Source: an uncultured bacterium (GTDB taxonomy: Bacteria; Acidobacteriota; HRBIN11; JAKEFK01). From it: a DNA stretch of 64,000 nt. Position 1 is the first letter of the stretch, and every line of letters begins with the position of its first letter. Under the pieces are notes generated by a model that made no database searches, was not told where the DNA came from, and was given only the letters and a program-made list of their open reading frames with translations. Location: contig CAVZQN010000003.1 in assembly GCA_963777505.1 (NCBI GenBank), forward strand, positions 416,001 through 480,000. The letters run 5' to 3'. Made by a program: the position numbers and the translations under genes. This document shows positions 28,524 through 39,566 of this stretch, piece after piece.

Positions 28524-30719
28524 TTATTGGAGTGCTAATTGCGCGCGTTTGATTTCGCGCTGAAGGGAAGGGCCATCATCGGAAAAAATTGTGTTTTGGG
28601 AAAAGCGTGCAGCTTCCTGCAAACTTTCACCTGATTCTTTTTTATACCCAAGCTCACGATAACATTGCGAAATGCGATATTGAACCGTGCCCGGACCGAT
28701 TCCAACCTGTCTATCCAGCTGTACCTGTCGAAGTTGTTCAAATGCCAGATCATATTCGGCGAAATGCATATGACAAAGTCCGATATTTAACAACGCAACA
28801 TTTTTTTCAAGCGGATTCGTACTTAAGCTGTACGCTTTTTTAAACGCAATCAACTGCCGATTAAATAACAACGAAGGATTATTGAACTGAATTTCCATCG
28901 GACTATTCAAGAGTTTTAAAGAGACATCCATCGGTGTCCCGCCACGAATAATTCCAATATTAAGTTGATCCTTTTTCTGGGATTCACGCAAAATGCGCTG
29001 GGCTTCAGCCGAAGTTTTTAGTTCTTTTCCATCAATCGCCGTAACTTGATCACCATGGTTTAATACGGCCGATTCGCCGGATGCTGATAAAAGGACTTGT
29101 GCAACGACAGGCCCCTGAGTGATCAAAGTATCGACTAAATAAACACCCAGGCGTTTTTGAAACAGCGGTTCTTCATAATCCAGCTCAGTCATAAAACGAT
29201 TCCATTCCGCTGCATCAAATACTTGAATTGTCCGCGTATCGGCCATCGAACTCCAATTCGATAGCAGATAAAATTGGACTGTTCTTTGTAGTCTTTCTTT
29301 CGGTACAAATCCGATCAACAGCAAGTCAGATTCAGCCTTTGCACAGAGTTGTTGAATTACATTTCTGCGATCCTTATCAGGCGTATTTGTTTTCAGTCCT
29401 TCCAAGATTGAACGTAAAGTTTCATCTACAACCATTCGCTCTTCGGTTTGGGAATAATCTACAAAATTGAGATTCTGAAGCTGCGATAATTTCTGATTAA
29501 TCTCAATCGTGATCTTATCCAGATCTGACTTCAGAATATCGGGCGCTGCAATCAAACCGAGGAAGGTAAGTGAAGGATTTAGACGTGCATCAATGTTGAG
29601 CGCGTCATTTTTTTTCACATCCAACGTCTTTTCAAACTTTCCCCGCGGACCTTTGATTTTGAGAGTATGTTTGCCGGCGCAGACTTTATGTTTTTGAAGC
29701 GGAGCAATGCCGATATATTCATTGTCGATAAAGATGTTTGCCTTTTCGTCATCGGCTGTTATGTTCAGGTACGCTAAAGATGGAGCGAGGATGATTGGTT
29801 CAAATGGATAATCATTGTTTTCTACGATCGTGATTTTTCTTCGCTGCGTTTCGAAGCATGGTTTCTTAAATTCGACTTCATAGGAACCTGGTTGAAGATC
29901 AGGAACTGCAAACTCACTTGAAAATTCTGCAAGAGGCAGATTTGATGCTAGAGCGGCTTGCTCCGCACGCGGGTTTGCATCACCCGAAGACGTGCCGAGC
30001 AGTTTATCCCCCAAAGAAATCTCTACTGCTTTCGGGTATGTAATGAAATATGCAACGCTCGAACTCCGTTCTAGTTTGAAATTAAATTTCTGCACTTTGC
30101 CAGGTACTACATTAACTGGAGAATTTTGAGAAACGAATCCAGGCTTCGAGATTTCAAGATCATGATCTCCCTTCAAGCTGTAAAGGGAGGCAATGTCAGT
30201 TGTGCCAACTTCAACGCCATCGATTTTGACTGTCGCACCCGGTGGTTCCGTTGTGATGGTGATGACGCCCAGATTCTCATCTTTGATTCGACGAACAAAT
30301 TCGATAATTTTTGGAGAAGTTAGATCCTGGTTCAATTGATAATTTGGATTCAACTCCATGAGTTTCAAAAAAACAAGGCGCGATTTTTCTTGTTCGCCTT
30401 CGTTGTAGTTGGCTTGACCAAGGTAGTCCAGGCTTCGCAGCAATAACAGCAATTCAGGATCAGTAAGGCCGCGCTTTACTTTTTCTTCTGTAATTTGCGT
30501 AATCAAAGTTTCAAACATTGGAATGCTTGAAGCTTGATCAGCGGAATTAAAAATACTTTCAGCTTCCTGAAATGTTTTTGCCCACTCCATCTGCAGCGCT
30601 TCTTCAGCAATCGGCGCTTCCTCTGGCTTTGAGTCAGGCGGAGGAGTTTCTTCCTGCGCGAATGCAAAAACGCACCAAAGAAGAACCACAAAGACACAGA
30701 GTTTCGAAAAAATCTTCAT
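28524..30719 (-). CDS. Secreted TPR / PEGA-repeat / PDZ-like / TPR protein
   Basis: Signal peptide; PEGA motifs TEPPGATVKIDGVEVGTT, TYPKAVEI, ANIFIDNEYIGIAP; PDZ-like HGDQVTAIDG; TPR-like helices at both ends. Confidence 0.8.
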   Translation of the reverse strand: MKIFSKLCVFVVLLWCVFAFAQEETPPPDSKPEEAPIAEEALQMEWAKTFQEAESIFNSADQASSIPMFETLITQITEEKVKRGLTDPELLLLLRSLDYLGQANYNEGEQEKSRLVFLKLMELNPNYQLNQDLTSPKIIEFVRRIKDENLGVITITTEPPGATVKIDGVEVGTTDIASLYSLKGDHDLEISKPGFVSQNSPVNVVPGKVQKFNFKLERSSSVAYFITYPKAVEISLGDKLLGTSSGDANPRAEQAALASNLPLAEFSSEFAVPDLQPGSYEVEFKKPCFETQRRKITIVENNDYPFEPIILAPSLAYLNITADDEKANIFIDNEYIGIAPLQKHKVCAGKHTLKIKGPRGKFEKTLDVKKNDALNIDARLNPSLTFLGLIAAPDILKSDLDKITIEINQKLSQLQNLNFVDYSQTEERMVVDETLRSILEGLKTNTPDKDRRNVIQQLCAKAESDLLLIGFVPKERLQRTVQFYLLSNWSSMADTRTIQVFDAAEWNRFMTELDYEEPLFQKRLGVYLVDTLITQGPVVAQVLLSASGESAVLNHGDQVTAIDGKELKTSAEAQRILRESQKKDQLNIGIIRGGTPMDVSLKLLNSPMEIQFNNPSLLFNRQLIAFKKAYSLSTNPLEKNVALLNIGLCHMHFAEYDLAFEQLRQVQLDRQVGIGPGTVQYRISQCYRELGYKKESGESLQEAARFSQNTIFSDDGPSLQREIKRAQLALQ

Positions 30720-32209
30720 CCGATTTTCAAAATCCTTTTTAGATCACGATCGAGAAGGAAAATGGATCCAGAAGGACCTACTGTAATTAACCTTGCATCT
30801 TCAAAAGAGAGCGTGCCCCCTTTTTTGTCTGAAACGATAAACCGTAAAAGGCTTCCATCTGGCGCAAATATAAGAACTCCACGCGGATTTTTGTTTAGCA
30901 CATATAAATGATTGGTACGATCTACCGCAAAATCTTCAATCCTATCAAACGTGTATCCCTTACCGGATGGACCAATTCCGTAGATCGCTTTTCCATCCGG
31001 TGCAAACAAGAAAATTTGTTTGCGCTGCTTATCAAGTGCATAAACCTGATTCCGCGAATTAATGCTTACCTTTGCATATTCACGTTCTGTTTTAGAAAAT
31101 GGCGAATTGGAAATCTGTTTTCGTTCTAAGTCATAGACAAGGATTCCTGGTGTTTTTTCAGAAACAACAAATAGCTCACCAAATGAATTCATAGCTGCTG
31201 ATCGGATTTCATTTAACGGTTCGGGTGGTTTTCCTTCCCGCACAAAACTCAAAGTGGCTGATTCTTTTCCGAGTGATACTCCGGTTTCGGTAGCAACAAT
31301 TACGAGATCGCGATCATCAACAAAAACTGTAAACGGCGAAAGCAAGGAAAAGCTGTTAATTGATTTCCCGGCTGGATCAAAAACCGAAACTAGTTTTTTG
31401 TCCTTGTCAGCAAGGTAAACATTCCCTTTGCTATCGATACCCATTCCCGTCGGATTATCCAGCTCCGGGATCATTGCTGAAAATGAAGAATCGGCAAGGA
31501 ATAATTTCTTATCGGCCTGCGTTGCGATGTGCAATCGATAAATGATGGTGTTGATTTCCCGCGCGGGCTGCGCAAAATCAGAAGTTGGAAATTGATTGAT
31601 TAACTGCTGGAAATCATACGCAGCATCGATATAAGATTCGGAATTCAGAGCGCACAATCCCATTTCATATTGTGCCCTTGGCGCTAATGGACTTCCCGCA
31701 AATCGTACCTTTAGCTTCGAAAACTCTTCATAAGCTTTGTCGTATTCTCCGCGCAGCTTTAATGCAATTCCTGCTCCCACAAGAGATTTATCAACCCATT
31801 CGCTGGAAGGAAAAACGCGAGTCACACGTTCGAAGTTGGCGTAGGCTTCATCAAGATCTTTTGCATCACGTCTGCTCAAGTAAATGAGACCGATATAGTA
31901 GTATGCAGCGGGGGCCGAATTTGAATTCGTGTAGTTGTCTTTAATTTGCTGAAAACTTGTAAGCGCTTGATCCAACTTCTTATCGCGCTCCAGATAATGG
32001 ATGCCTAGTTGCAGCAGTGCATCATCAGCAAGCTGACTTTGTGGAAATGATTTAACGATGAAATTCAGATCATCCAGAGCTTGTTGATACTTCTCGCTTT
32101 GTATGAAAAACAAAGCGCTTTCATAATGGCCTTTGGCAGGATCATCTGCTGTAAGAAGAATGGATGCGGAACTAAGAAGTAGGACTAGGGCGAAGACAAC
32201 TGCTTTCAT
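30716..32209 (-). CDS. Secreted TPR (BamD/YbgF-like) plus NHL beta-propeller protein
   Basis: Signal peptide; repeats FPQSQLADDA, FPSSEWVDKS, FPTSDFA; NHL blades PTGMGIDSKGNVYLAD, FAVDRTNHLYV. Confidence 0.82.
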   Translation of the reverse strand: MKAVVFALVLLLSSASILLTADDPAKGHYESALFFIQSEKYQQALDDLNFIVKSFPQSQLADDALLQLGIHYLERDKKLDQALTSFQQIKDNYTNSNSAPAAYYYIGLIYLSRRDAKDLDEAYANFERVTRVFPSSEWVDKSLVGAGIALKLRGEYDKAYEEFSKLKVRFAGSPLAPRAQYEMGLCALNSESYIDAAYDFQQLINQFPTSDFAQPAREINTIIYRLHIATQADKKLFLADSSFSAMIPELDNPTGMGIDSKGNVYLADKDKKLVSVFDPAGKSINSFSLLSPFTVFVDDRDLVIVATETGVSLGKESATLSFVREGKPPEPLNEIRSAAMNSFGELFVVSEKTPGILVYDLERKQISNSPFSKTEREYAKVSINSRNQVYALDKQRKQIFLFAPDGKAIYGIGPSGKGYTFDRIEDFAVDRTNHLYVLNKNPRGVLIFAPDGSLLRFIVSDKKGGTLSFEDARLITVGPSGSIFLLDRDLKRILKIG

Positions 32210-32215
32210 GCAGCG

Positions 32216-34301
32216 CTATTCAGGCACCCCGAAGATTTTTCCATTTTGTCCAGCGGAAACGGAGACGTTCTTATTGAGTCGCTCTCCGGTTTTCCAATTG
32301 AATTGTATCACATGGTTTCCTGCTTGAACGGGAAGATCCCGGATCGGGGTTTCATCAACGAATTCGCCATCAATCGAAACTCGGCATGCGCTTGGCTGTG
32401 CTGTAACTGTTAGGGAACCCATAGCCGGTTCAGCAATCGTTGCCGTTTCACCTGAAACGATTTCTACTTTTCGGGTCGTACGGATAAATGCACCTTTACG
32501 AGCACGGATCGTCAAATTGTATGTGCCCGCCGGTAGTTCAATTGGATTGCCTTTAAGGGCTTTTCCTGCATTCAAAATTGTTACAGGATAACGGCCTGTA
32601 TATCGAAGAAATCCGATCGCAGAAGCTTCTGGACACCATCGCGATTTTTAATGCAGGATCTGTATTCCGGTCAATGGTGCGCTTTTCTTCTGTGTGTCCT
32701 GCAAGACGAAAAACGAGTTCATGCACCTTTTCATCGCTCAGATTAATCGTGGTAGGTGCAACCCCGGCGGGCTTTCCATCCAGAATAACTTCAGCGCCGG
32801 GCGGAGTCGTTTCCAAACTAATTGCATACGCCGTAACTGCAGGTGTGGAGGTTCCTGTATCAGGTTCCAGTTTTACATTGACTGCACCAGGCCATGCTTC
32901 GGTAGAAAGAGCTCGAGTTTTTTCCTTATAGCCTTTCAGCTTAAAGGTTAGAGTCATATCGCGTTTTTCTTGCAGGGTAACCGGTGTCGTTCCCATTGGT
33001 TTACCATCTACAAGAAGCTCCGCGCCTGGAGGGTTGCTTGTCACTGCAAGGTTCACCGTTGCGGTATTTGTTGTATCTTCCGTATTTCGAAAACTGGCAG
33101 TTAAAATCAAACCACCGATAAATAAAACAGCGAGGATTGCTCCGAGAATGTAAAATTTTTTCTCCTGCCAGGAGCTCGTTGGACGCATCAAAACTTGTTG
33201 AGCGGTCTCAGAATAATTTGCACCAATGCCGGTCCGTGGAACGGGATCCGGTTCAGCCTGAGGCTTTCCAAAAGACGGAAAGGTTGGTGAACGTAAATCC
33301 ATGCCTACAGTTGGAGGAACTTGAGGTTTGCTGACAATTGTATTTTGACTTGCTGGAGTTGGCTGTGTGTCCTGAGCCAAAGCTTCTTCCAATTCTTCAG
33401 CGGAAATATTTCGGGTTCTGCCTTCTTCATACGAAATCGCTTTGGGTGTCAGCTTAGGCTGAAATTTCATCGTCTTCAGGTAGAACAAAAATTCTTCCAG
33501 ATCTTGAGCCATTTCTTTCGCGCTCGGATAACGCAATTCGCGATTTTTTTCCATTGCGCGCATGATGATCTGATTTAATTCGGTACTGAATTCTTCAGGT
33601 AAATTACCAACAGGACTCGGCCGGATATTCAAGATTCTGTACATGATATCGACGGCCCCACCACCCGAAAATGGATTTGAATGAGTAAATAACTCGTATG
33701 CAATAACGCCTGTTGAGAACATATCCGTACGGATGTCGAGAGGTTCACCAGAAATCTGTTCCGGCGACATGTATTGCAACGTTCCGATGATGTAGCCGCT
33801 TTTGGTTAATTGCGACGTTCCCATCCGCGCAATTCCGAAATCCATAATCTTCACACTTTCTTCATCTTGCAATCGGATGTTGGCAGGTTTTATGTCGCGA
33901 TGAATGATTCCTTTTTGATGAGCCGCGTGAAGTCCTTTACAAATTTGAAGAAGAATGTCCACTCTGCGTTCAATAGAGAGTTCTTTCCTTGACTTGATAA
34001 TCTCTTCAAGGTCCTTTCCTACAATGAACTCCATTGCAATGTAAGGACGGCTTTCGAATTGTCCGAGATCGTAAATTGTTACGATGTTTGGGTGACGCAA
34101 TCCGCCTGCAAGACGTGCTTCACGTTCAAATCGTGAAACGAGTTCAGGTTCATCCAAATCGAGAGAGGATAAAACTTTAATCGCAACATCTCTTTTTACA
34201 ATTGGATCGTAGGCGTGATACACCACACCCATTGCACCTTTTCCAATGACGGAAATAATTTGATACTTGTCGATTCTTGCCGGAATTGGTTGCGATGTCA
34301 T
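32216..34301 (-). CDS. Transmembrane Hanks-type Ser/Thr kinase with extracellular PEGA domains; apparent +1 frameshift near 32633
   Basis: GKGAMG, VAIK, HRDIKPAN, DFG, YMSPEQ; TM; SNPPGAELLVDG, TTPPGAEVILDG, AQPSACRVSIDG PEGA motifs. Confidence 0.88.
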
Positions 34302-34428
34302 AAATGCCGAGAAAGGGTGTGACCCCAATACCCCCGGTAGTGCTAAATTTTAGCATGTCAGCTATTGTGGGAGCAAGAAAAACTATTGTTCACAGGAACT
34401 TAGGGGACTTAGGTACGTGACTAATTCA

Positions 34429-34486
34429 GTAGGGGCGACCCTTGTGGTCGCCCTTGTATCCGGGCGGGCACAAGGCCCGCCCCTAC
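34429..34486. repeat. Classical GTAG REP inverted doublet
   Basis: GTAGGGGCGACCCTTGTGGTCGCCC ... GGGCGGGCACAAGGCCCGCCCCTAC. Confidence 0.82.
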
Positions 34487-34513
34487 CATTCATCCTGTAT
34501 AATTACGGCACTA

Positions 34514-36280
34514 ATGAAAAAAGCCATTGTCATTGTTTTACTAGTAGCGCTTGCTTCAGCTGGCGTTTTCTTCGGGTTTTTCAGACATCTCCTTTCAAAG
34601 TCTTATGCCGAAAGGATCTTTCCGCAGGAGACAATCCTTTATCTTTCCATCGATAACATTGAGAGAGCCCGCAAAAACATTCACAGTACAGATCTTTGGA
34701 AGCATTTGGACAAATCTCCTCGAAAAGCGAAATATAAGGAATTATTTGAACGGGGATTCAGTTCATTTGAAAGCGCAAGTGGTTTTGATATCCGGCCGAT
34801 TTTGGATCAATTGACGGGTGAAGTTGCGGTCGCAATTTTCCCATTGCCGGAAGGGAAGGGCTCTGCTGGTTTTGTCGCAACACTAAAAGATTCAGGCGAC
34901 TTCCGGCGCTTTCTTGAAGAAAAAATCGATCCCGCTTTAAAGCGCCGCTTTCCTGACATAAAAAAGAGTCAGGATTCATCCGATGGCGTATCGTACTACA
35001 GATATAGTAGCCCCAATTTCCCTCAAGAGGCATCTCCATCATATTTCGTATCAGGAAAACACTTTGTGTTCAGTATGAATGAAAGCGGGATACGCAGAAT
35101 GATCGCAATCGAGCACAAACAATTCCCCGCGTTAAATCAAAGCGAAGCGTATCGGAAAGCGTTGAAGGAAGCGAATTATGAAAGAGGCGCTTTATTGTTC
35201 TTAAATGTTCCGGCCGGATTGACATTACTTGAAAAATCGATTCCTCCGATGGCGCGTAAGTATTGGCCCGGACTGTTGAAAGTAAGCGGCATCCAGGCTG
35301 TAAAAGGATTGATTTACACAAGTCGTGTCGAAAATTCTGGATTCCAGGAATCGGGATTCGTAGAAGTCGATCGCAACCGCACCGGTCTTCTCAAGATTTA
35401 TATGGATCAGAAGCCACGTAAACTGGAGAGCATTGCATATTTACCCGCTTCAATGAAAATGGTATCCAGCGCCAGCCTTCCTGATTTCGCACTCATGTGG
35501 GATGAACTCAATGCGCAGCTTGAAAAGATACTTGATGCGGAACAATATGAAAAATGGAAGCAGGGAATGGCTCTTTTGCGTGGATTAATGAATTTCGATT
35601 TAAGACGCGACCTGATGGAACCAGTCGGTGAAGAGTTTGCATTTTCATATGAGCCAGGCAAAGCAAGAAAACCTCTGGATCTCAATTATTTGATTGTTAT
35701 AAAACTTCGAAATCCTGATGCATTCAAAACGACTGTCGCGCGAATGGTAAGTCTTGCTTCGGCACGGGGCATGGTAAAGCGTGAATTAACGTATCGCGGA
35801 AGAACGATGCAAATATTATCGTTGAATATGCCGGATTATACATTGACGCCTTCGTTTGCTTTTGAAGACAAATGGTTCATTTTTGCAAGCCGTGATTCCG
35901 TCCTGCAGAAAGCCTTTGATGCAAAAGACAATTCCGATGGAATTCAATCAACCGCGGATTTCAAGAAATGCACATCCGGTTTTCCGAACGAAGTTCATGC
36001 TTTGTCATATACAAATGTTTCAGAATATTTGAAGGCTCAATCAGAAATGTTACGAATGAGTTCAGATGAAGAACATCTAAAATGGATTAAGGAATATTCA
36101 ATCGATCAGGAACTGATGGAGCTCAGCAAAGTGCTTTCCGGAAATGCCACATACAGCAAAATTGAAAAAACCGGCATCCGCTTTAAAGGCAATTCTTCTA
36201 TTCCATCCATATTCCTGGGATTTACAGGTTTGCTTGAATATCTTCCGGAAGCGATTGAACGATACACTGATAGAGATTAG
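34514..36280 (+). CDS. Membrane-anchored DUF3352-like protein
   Basis: N-terminal anchor MKKAIVIVLL; two-fold internal repeat (IFPQETILYL / YLPASMKMV; LTGEVAV / VGEEFAF); family call from recollection. Confidence 0.65.
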   Translation: MKKAIVIVLLVALASAGVFFGFFRHLLSKSYAERIFPQETILYLSIDNIERARKNIHSTDLWKHLDKSPRKAKYKELFERGFSSFESASGFDIRPILDQLTGEVAVAIFPLPEGKGSAGFVATLKDSGDFRRFLEEKIDPALKRRFPDIKKSQDSSDGVSYYRYSSPNFPQEASPSYFVSGKHFVFSMNESGIRRMIAIEHKQFPALNQSEAYRKALKEANYERGALLFLNVPAGLTLLEKSIPPMARKYWPGLLKVSGIQAVKGLIYTSRVENSGFQESGFVEVDRNRTGLLKIYMDQKPRKLESIAYLPASMKMVSSASLPDFALMWDELNAQLEKILDAEQYEKWKQGMALLRGLMNFDLRRDLMEPVGEEFAFSYEPGKARKPLDLNYLIVIKLRNPDAFKTTVARMVSLASARGMVKRELTYRGRTMQILSLNMPDYTLTPSFAFEDKWFIFASRDSVLQKAFDAKDNSDGIQSTADFKKCTSGFPNEVHALSYTNVSEYLKAQSEMLRMSSDEEHLKWIKEYSIDQELMELSKVLSGNATYSKIEKTGIRFKGNSSIPSIFLGFTGLLEYLPEAIERYTDRD

Positions 36281-36370
36281 CAACGCCAGCTGGCGGACAG
36301 AGCCCCCAAAAGTCAGCCCACAAAATCTCCAAATAGTTTATAATTAATTCGAGTACCGGAGGGCTCGGAG

Positions 36371-38458
36371 ATGGTTGAGAGCGCTTCTGCTGATGGCAAA
36401 AAACTTTTAACTTCTATAAATGAACGTGTAGATGCTGAAAAGTTTCGAAAGTTACACTGGGAAGGTACTTTCGATGAATATCTTGCGATGGTCTCACGTT
36501 CTCCTCGCGTCGCCCGCACTTCCTTTCAACGTATGTACGACATGATCATGTCGCACGGTTACGAAGAATTTTATGATGGAAAGGAAAAGCTGATCAAATA
36601 TAACTTCTTTTCCAATTCGTCATTTTCAAGAGGCGATGCAATTTACGGTCTTGAACGTTCTTTAATGAATCTTGTGCAAGTGTTCCGTTCTGCTGCACAA
36701 CGCTATGGGCCTGAGCGGCGTGTGTTATTGCTGCATGGACCTGTTGGCAGTTCGAAGAGCACAATCGTACGCTTACTGAAGCGAGGAACGGAAGAATACT
36801 CACGCACTGATGACGGCGCAGTCTATTCTTTTGGCTGGGTTGTTTCGGAAGGTGAAGTGCGGAATGTCCGGCCAGATGTCCGATGGTGTCCGATGAATGA
36901 AGAACCATTACACGTGATTCCAATTGAATTGCGTCAAGACTTCATTGGGGGCATTAATCAACAACGTTCTTCTTCTGAAGAATCTTTATATATTGAAGGC
37001 GATCTTTGTCCCGCTTGCCGCTTTACGTTTAAAGAAATGATGCGCAAGTATCAAGGGGATTGGCAAAAAGTAATACAGCACGTTCAGGTTCGCCGAATCC
37101 TGTTGTCCGAAAAAGATCGAATGGGCATTGGAACATTTCAGCCCAAAGATGAAAAGAACCAGGATTCTACGGAATTAACGGGCGATATTAACTATCGAAA
37201 GATTGCCGAATATGGATCTGATTCCGATCCGCGCGCATTTAATTTCGATGGTGAATTCAACGTTGCAAACCGCGGTTTGATCGAGTTTATCGAAGTTCTA
37301 AAACTGGATGTCGCTTTTCTTTATGATCTGCTAGGCGCATCGCAGGAACACAGCATTAAGCCGAAGAAGTTTGCTCAGACAGATATCGATGAAGTCATTA
37401 TCGGCCACACGAATGAACCGGAATATCGAAAGCTTCAAAACAATGAATATATGGAAGCTCTGCGCGACCGTACTGTCAAAATCGATATTCCTTATATCAC
37501 TCGCCTGGACGACGAAATCAAGATCTACAGGAAGGATTACAATCCGGATAAGATTCGCGGAAAACACATTGCACCTCATACTCTTGAAATGGCTGCAATG
37601 TGGGCCGTGTTGACGCGGTTGGAAGATCCAAAACATGCTCAGCTTACGATCATTCAGAAAATGAAACTCTATAACGGCAAGACACTTCCAGGATTTACTG
37701 CCGATAATATTAAAGAGTTAAAAAAGGAAGCGAAGCGTGAAGGAATGTTCGGAATTTCTCCGCGTTATATTCAAGACAAAATTTCGAACGCTCTCGTAAG
37801 CGATGTGAATGAAACCTGCGTCAATCCATTTATGGTAATGAATGAGATTGAAAACGGATTAAAGCATCACAGTCTGATTACGAGTGAAGAACAACGCAAG
37901 CGCTATAAAGAGTTGTTGTCGATCGCTAAAGAGGAATATGAAGAGATTACGAAGAACGAAGTTCAACGTGCAATTTCTGTGGATGAAGAAGCAATCAAAC
38001 GGCTCTGCGCGAATTACATCGATAATGTAAAGGCGTATACACAAGGTGAACGTGTCAAAAACAAATACACAGGCATGGATGAAGAGCCTGATGAAAGATT
38101 GATGCGATCGATTGAGGAAAAAATCGATATTCCAGATAACAGGAAAGAGGATTTCAGACGCGAAATCATGAATTACATCGGTGCTCTCGCAGTGAGTGGA
38201 AAAATGTTCGATTACAAATCGAATGAACGATTGCATCGCGCACTGGAAATGAAACTCTTCGAAGATCAGAAGGATTCAATCAAGTTATCAAGCCTTGTAT
38301 CCAGTGTTGTCGATAAAGAGACACAGGAAAAAATTGATATCGTAAAATCCAGAATGATCAACAACTATGGATATTGCGATGTTTGTGCAACAGATGTGTT
38401 GAACTTTGTGGCAAGTATTTTTGCGAGAGGAGATGTAAAGAAAGAGGGGCGAAGGTAA
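36371..38458 (+). CDS. prkA: PrkA/YeaG-family AAA+ serine protein kinase
   Basis: [57 protein letters not shown]. Confidence 0.95.
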   Translation: MVESASADGKKLLTSINERVDAEKFRKLHWEGTFDEYLAMVSRSPRVARTSFQRMYDMIMSHGYEEFYDGKEKLIKYNFFSNSSFSRGDAIYGLERSLMNLVQVFRSAAQRYGPERRVLLLHGPVGSSKSTIVRLLKRGTEEYSRTDDGAVYSFGWVVSEGEVRNVRPDVRWCPMNEEPLHVIPIELRQDFIGGINQQRSSSEESLYIEGDLCPACRFTFKEMMRKYQGDWQKVIQHVQVRRILLSEKDRMGIGTFQPKDEKNQDSTELTGDINYRKIAEYGSDSDPRAFNFDGEFNVANRGLIEFIEVLKLDVAFLYDLLGASQEHSIKPKKFAQTDIDEVIIGHTNEPEYRKLQNNEYMEALRDRTVKIDIPYITRLDDEIKIYRKDYNPDKIRGKHIAPHTLEMAAMWAVLTRLEDPKHAQLTIIQKMKLYNGKTLPGFTADNIKELKKEAKREGMFGISPRYIQDKISNALVSDVNETCVNPFMVMNEIENGLKHHSLITSEEQRKRYKELLSIAKEEYEEITKNEVQRAISVDEEAIKRLCANYIDNVKAYTQGERVKNKYTGMDEEPDERLMRSIEEKIDIPDNRKEDFRREIMNYIGALAVSGKMFDYKSNERLHRALEMKLFEDQKDSIKLSSLVSSVVDKETQEKIDIVKSRMINNYGYCDVCATDVLNFVASIFARGDVKKEGRR

Positions 38459-38459
38459 G

Positions 38460-39566
38460 TTGATTGCGAAAATTGAGCAGGACCATAGTCGGTTTAAGCA
38501 AATCGTACGCGGCAAAATAAAGCGCGAACTAAAAAAGTACATCACACAGGCTGAGCTGATCGGAAGAAAGGGGAAGAATATTGTTAGGATCCCAGTTCCC
38601 CGAATTGAGCTTCCACGATTCCGTTTTGATTCAAGACAACGCGGTGGTGTAGGTCAGGGTGATGGAGATGTTGGAACTGTCCTGGGTTCCGGCGATCCGC
38701 AGGATGGAAGTGGAAAAGCAGGTGATACTCCCGGCGAGCACGTTCTTGAAGTCGAAATAACTCTCGAAGAATTGGCCCAGATTCTTGGGGAAGAGCTCGA
38801 ACTGCCCAATATCGAACCTCGCGGAAAAAAATCAATTACCTCGGAAAAGGAAAAATATACGGGTATCAGCCGTGTAGGTCCTGAATCGTTACGGCACTTC
38901 AAACGTACCTACAAAGAAGCGCTGCGCCGTATGATTTCAGCAGGAACCTACGACAACGACAATCCGGTAATTGTCCCTATTCGTGAAGACCGCCGGTATC
39001 GTACCTGGAAAATTACATCCCTTCCCGAATCAAGCGCCGTAATCATTTATATGATGGACGTTTCTGGTTCGATGGGACCTGAGCAAAAGGAAATAGTACG
39101 ACTGGAATCTTTCTGGATCGATACATGGCTGCGATCACAATATGACAGAATCGAGATGCGTTACATCGTGCATGATGCAGCAGCAAAAGAAGTAGATCAG
39201 GAAACCTTCTTCCATCTTCGCGAAGGAGGTGGAACAAAGATTTCTTCCGCATTCAAGCTGTGCAATCAAATACTAAATGAACAATTTCATCCGGATGATT
39301 GGAATGTATACCTTTTCCATTTCTCTGATGGAGATAATTGGGACGGCGGTGATACCTCAGAATGTATCAGCATTTTAGAAAATGAACTTTTGCCGCGCGC
39401 CAATTTGTTTTGTTACGGACAGGTAAAGAGCGCATACGGAAGCGGCGACTTCTTATACGGAATTCAGGAATATTTTCCAAACGAAGCGAAGATTGTTACT
39501 TCAAAAATTAACAGCAAGGATGAAATCTACGATTCGATTAAGGCATTCCTTGGAAAAGGACGATGA
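38460..39566 (+). CDS. YeaH/YhbH (DUF444) VWA-like protein
   Basis: [36 protein letters not shown]. Confidence 0.93.
   Translation: MIAKIEQDHSRFKQIVRGKIKRELKKYITQAELIGRKGKNIVRIPVPRIELPRFRFDSRQRGGVGQGDGDVGTVLGSGDPQDGSGKAGDTPGEHVLEVEITLEELAQILGEELELPNIEPRGKKSITSEKEKYTGISRVGPESLRHFKRTYKEALRRMISAGTYDNDNPVIVPIREDRRYRTWKITSLPESSAVIIYMMDVSGSMGPEQKEIVRLESFWIDTWLRSQYDRIEMRYIVHDAAAKEVDQETFFHLREGGGTKISSAFKLCNQILNEQFHPDDWNVYLFHFSDGDNWDGGDTSECISILENELLPRANLFCYGQVKSAYGSGDFLYGIQEYFPNEAKIVTSKINSKDEIYDSIKAFLGKGR

Noticed and set aside
36281-36370. Sigma-54 promoter for prkA, as for enterobacterial yeaG
   Set aside because: No GG-N10-GC element with consensus flanks found
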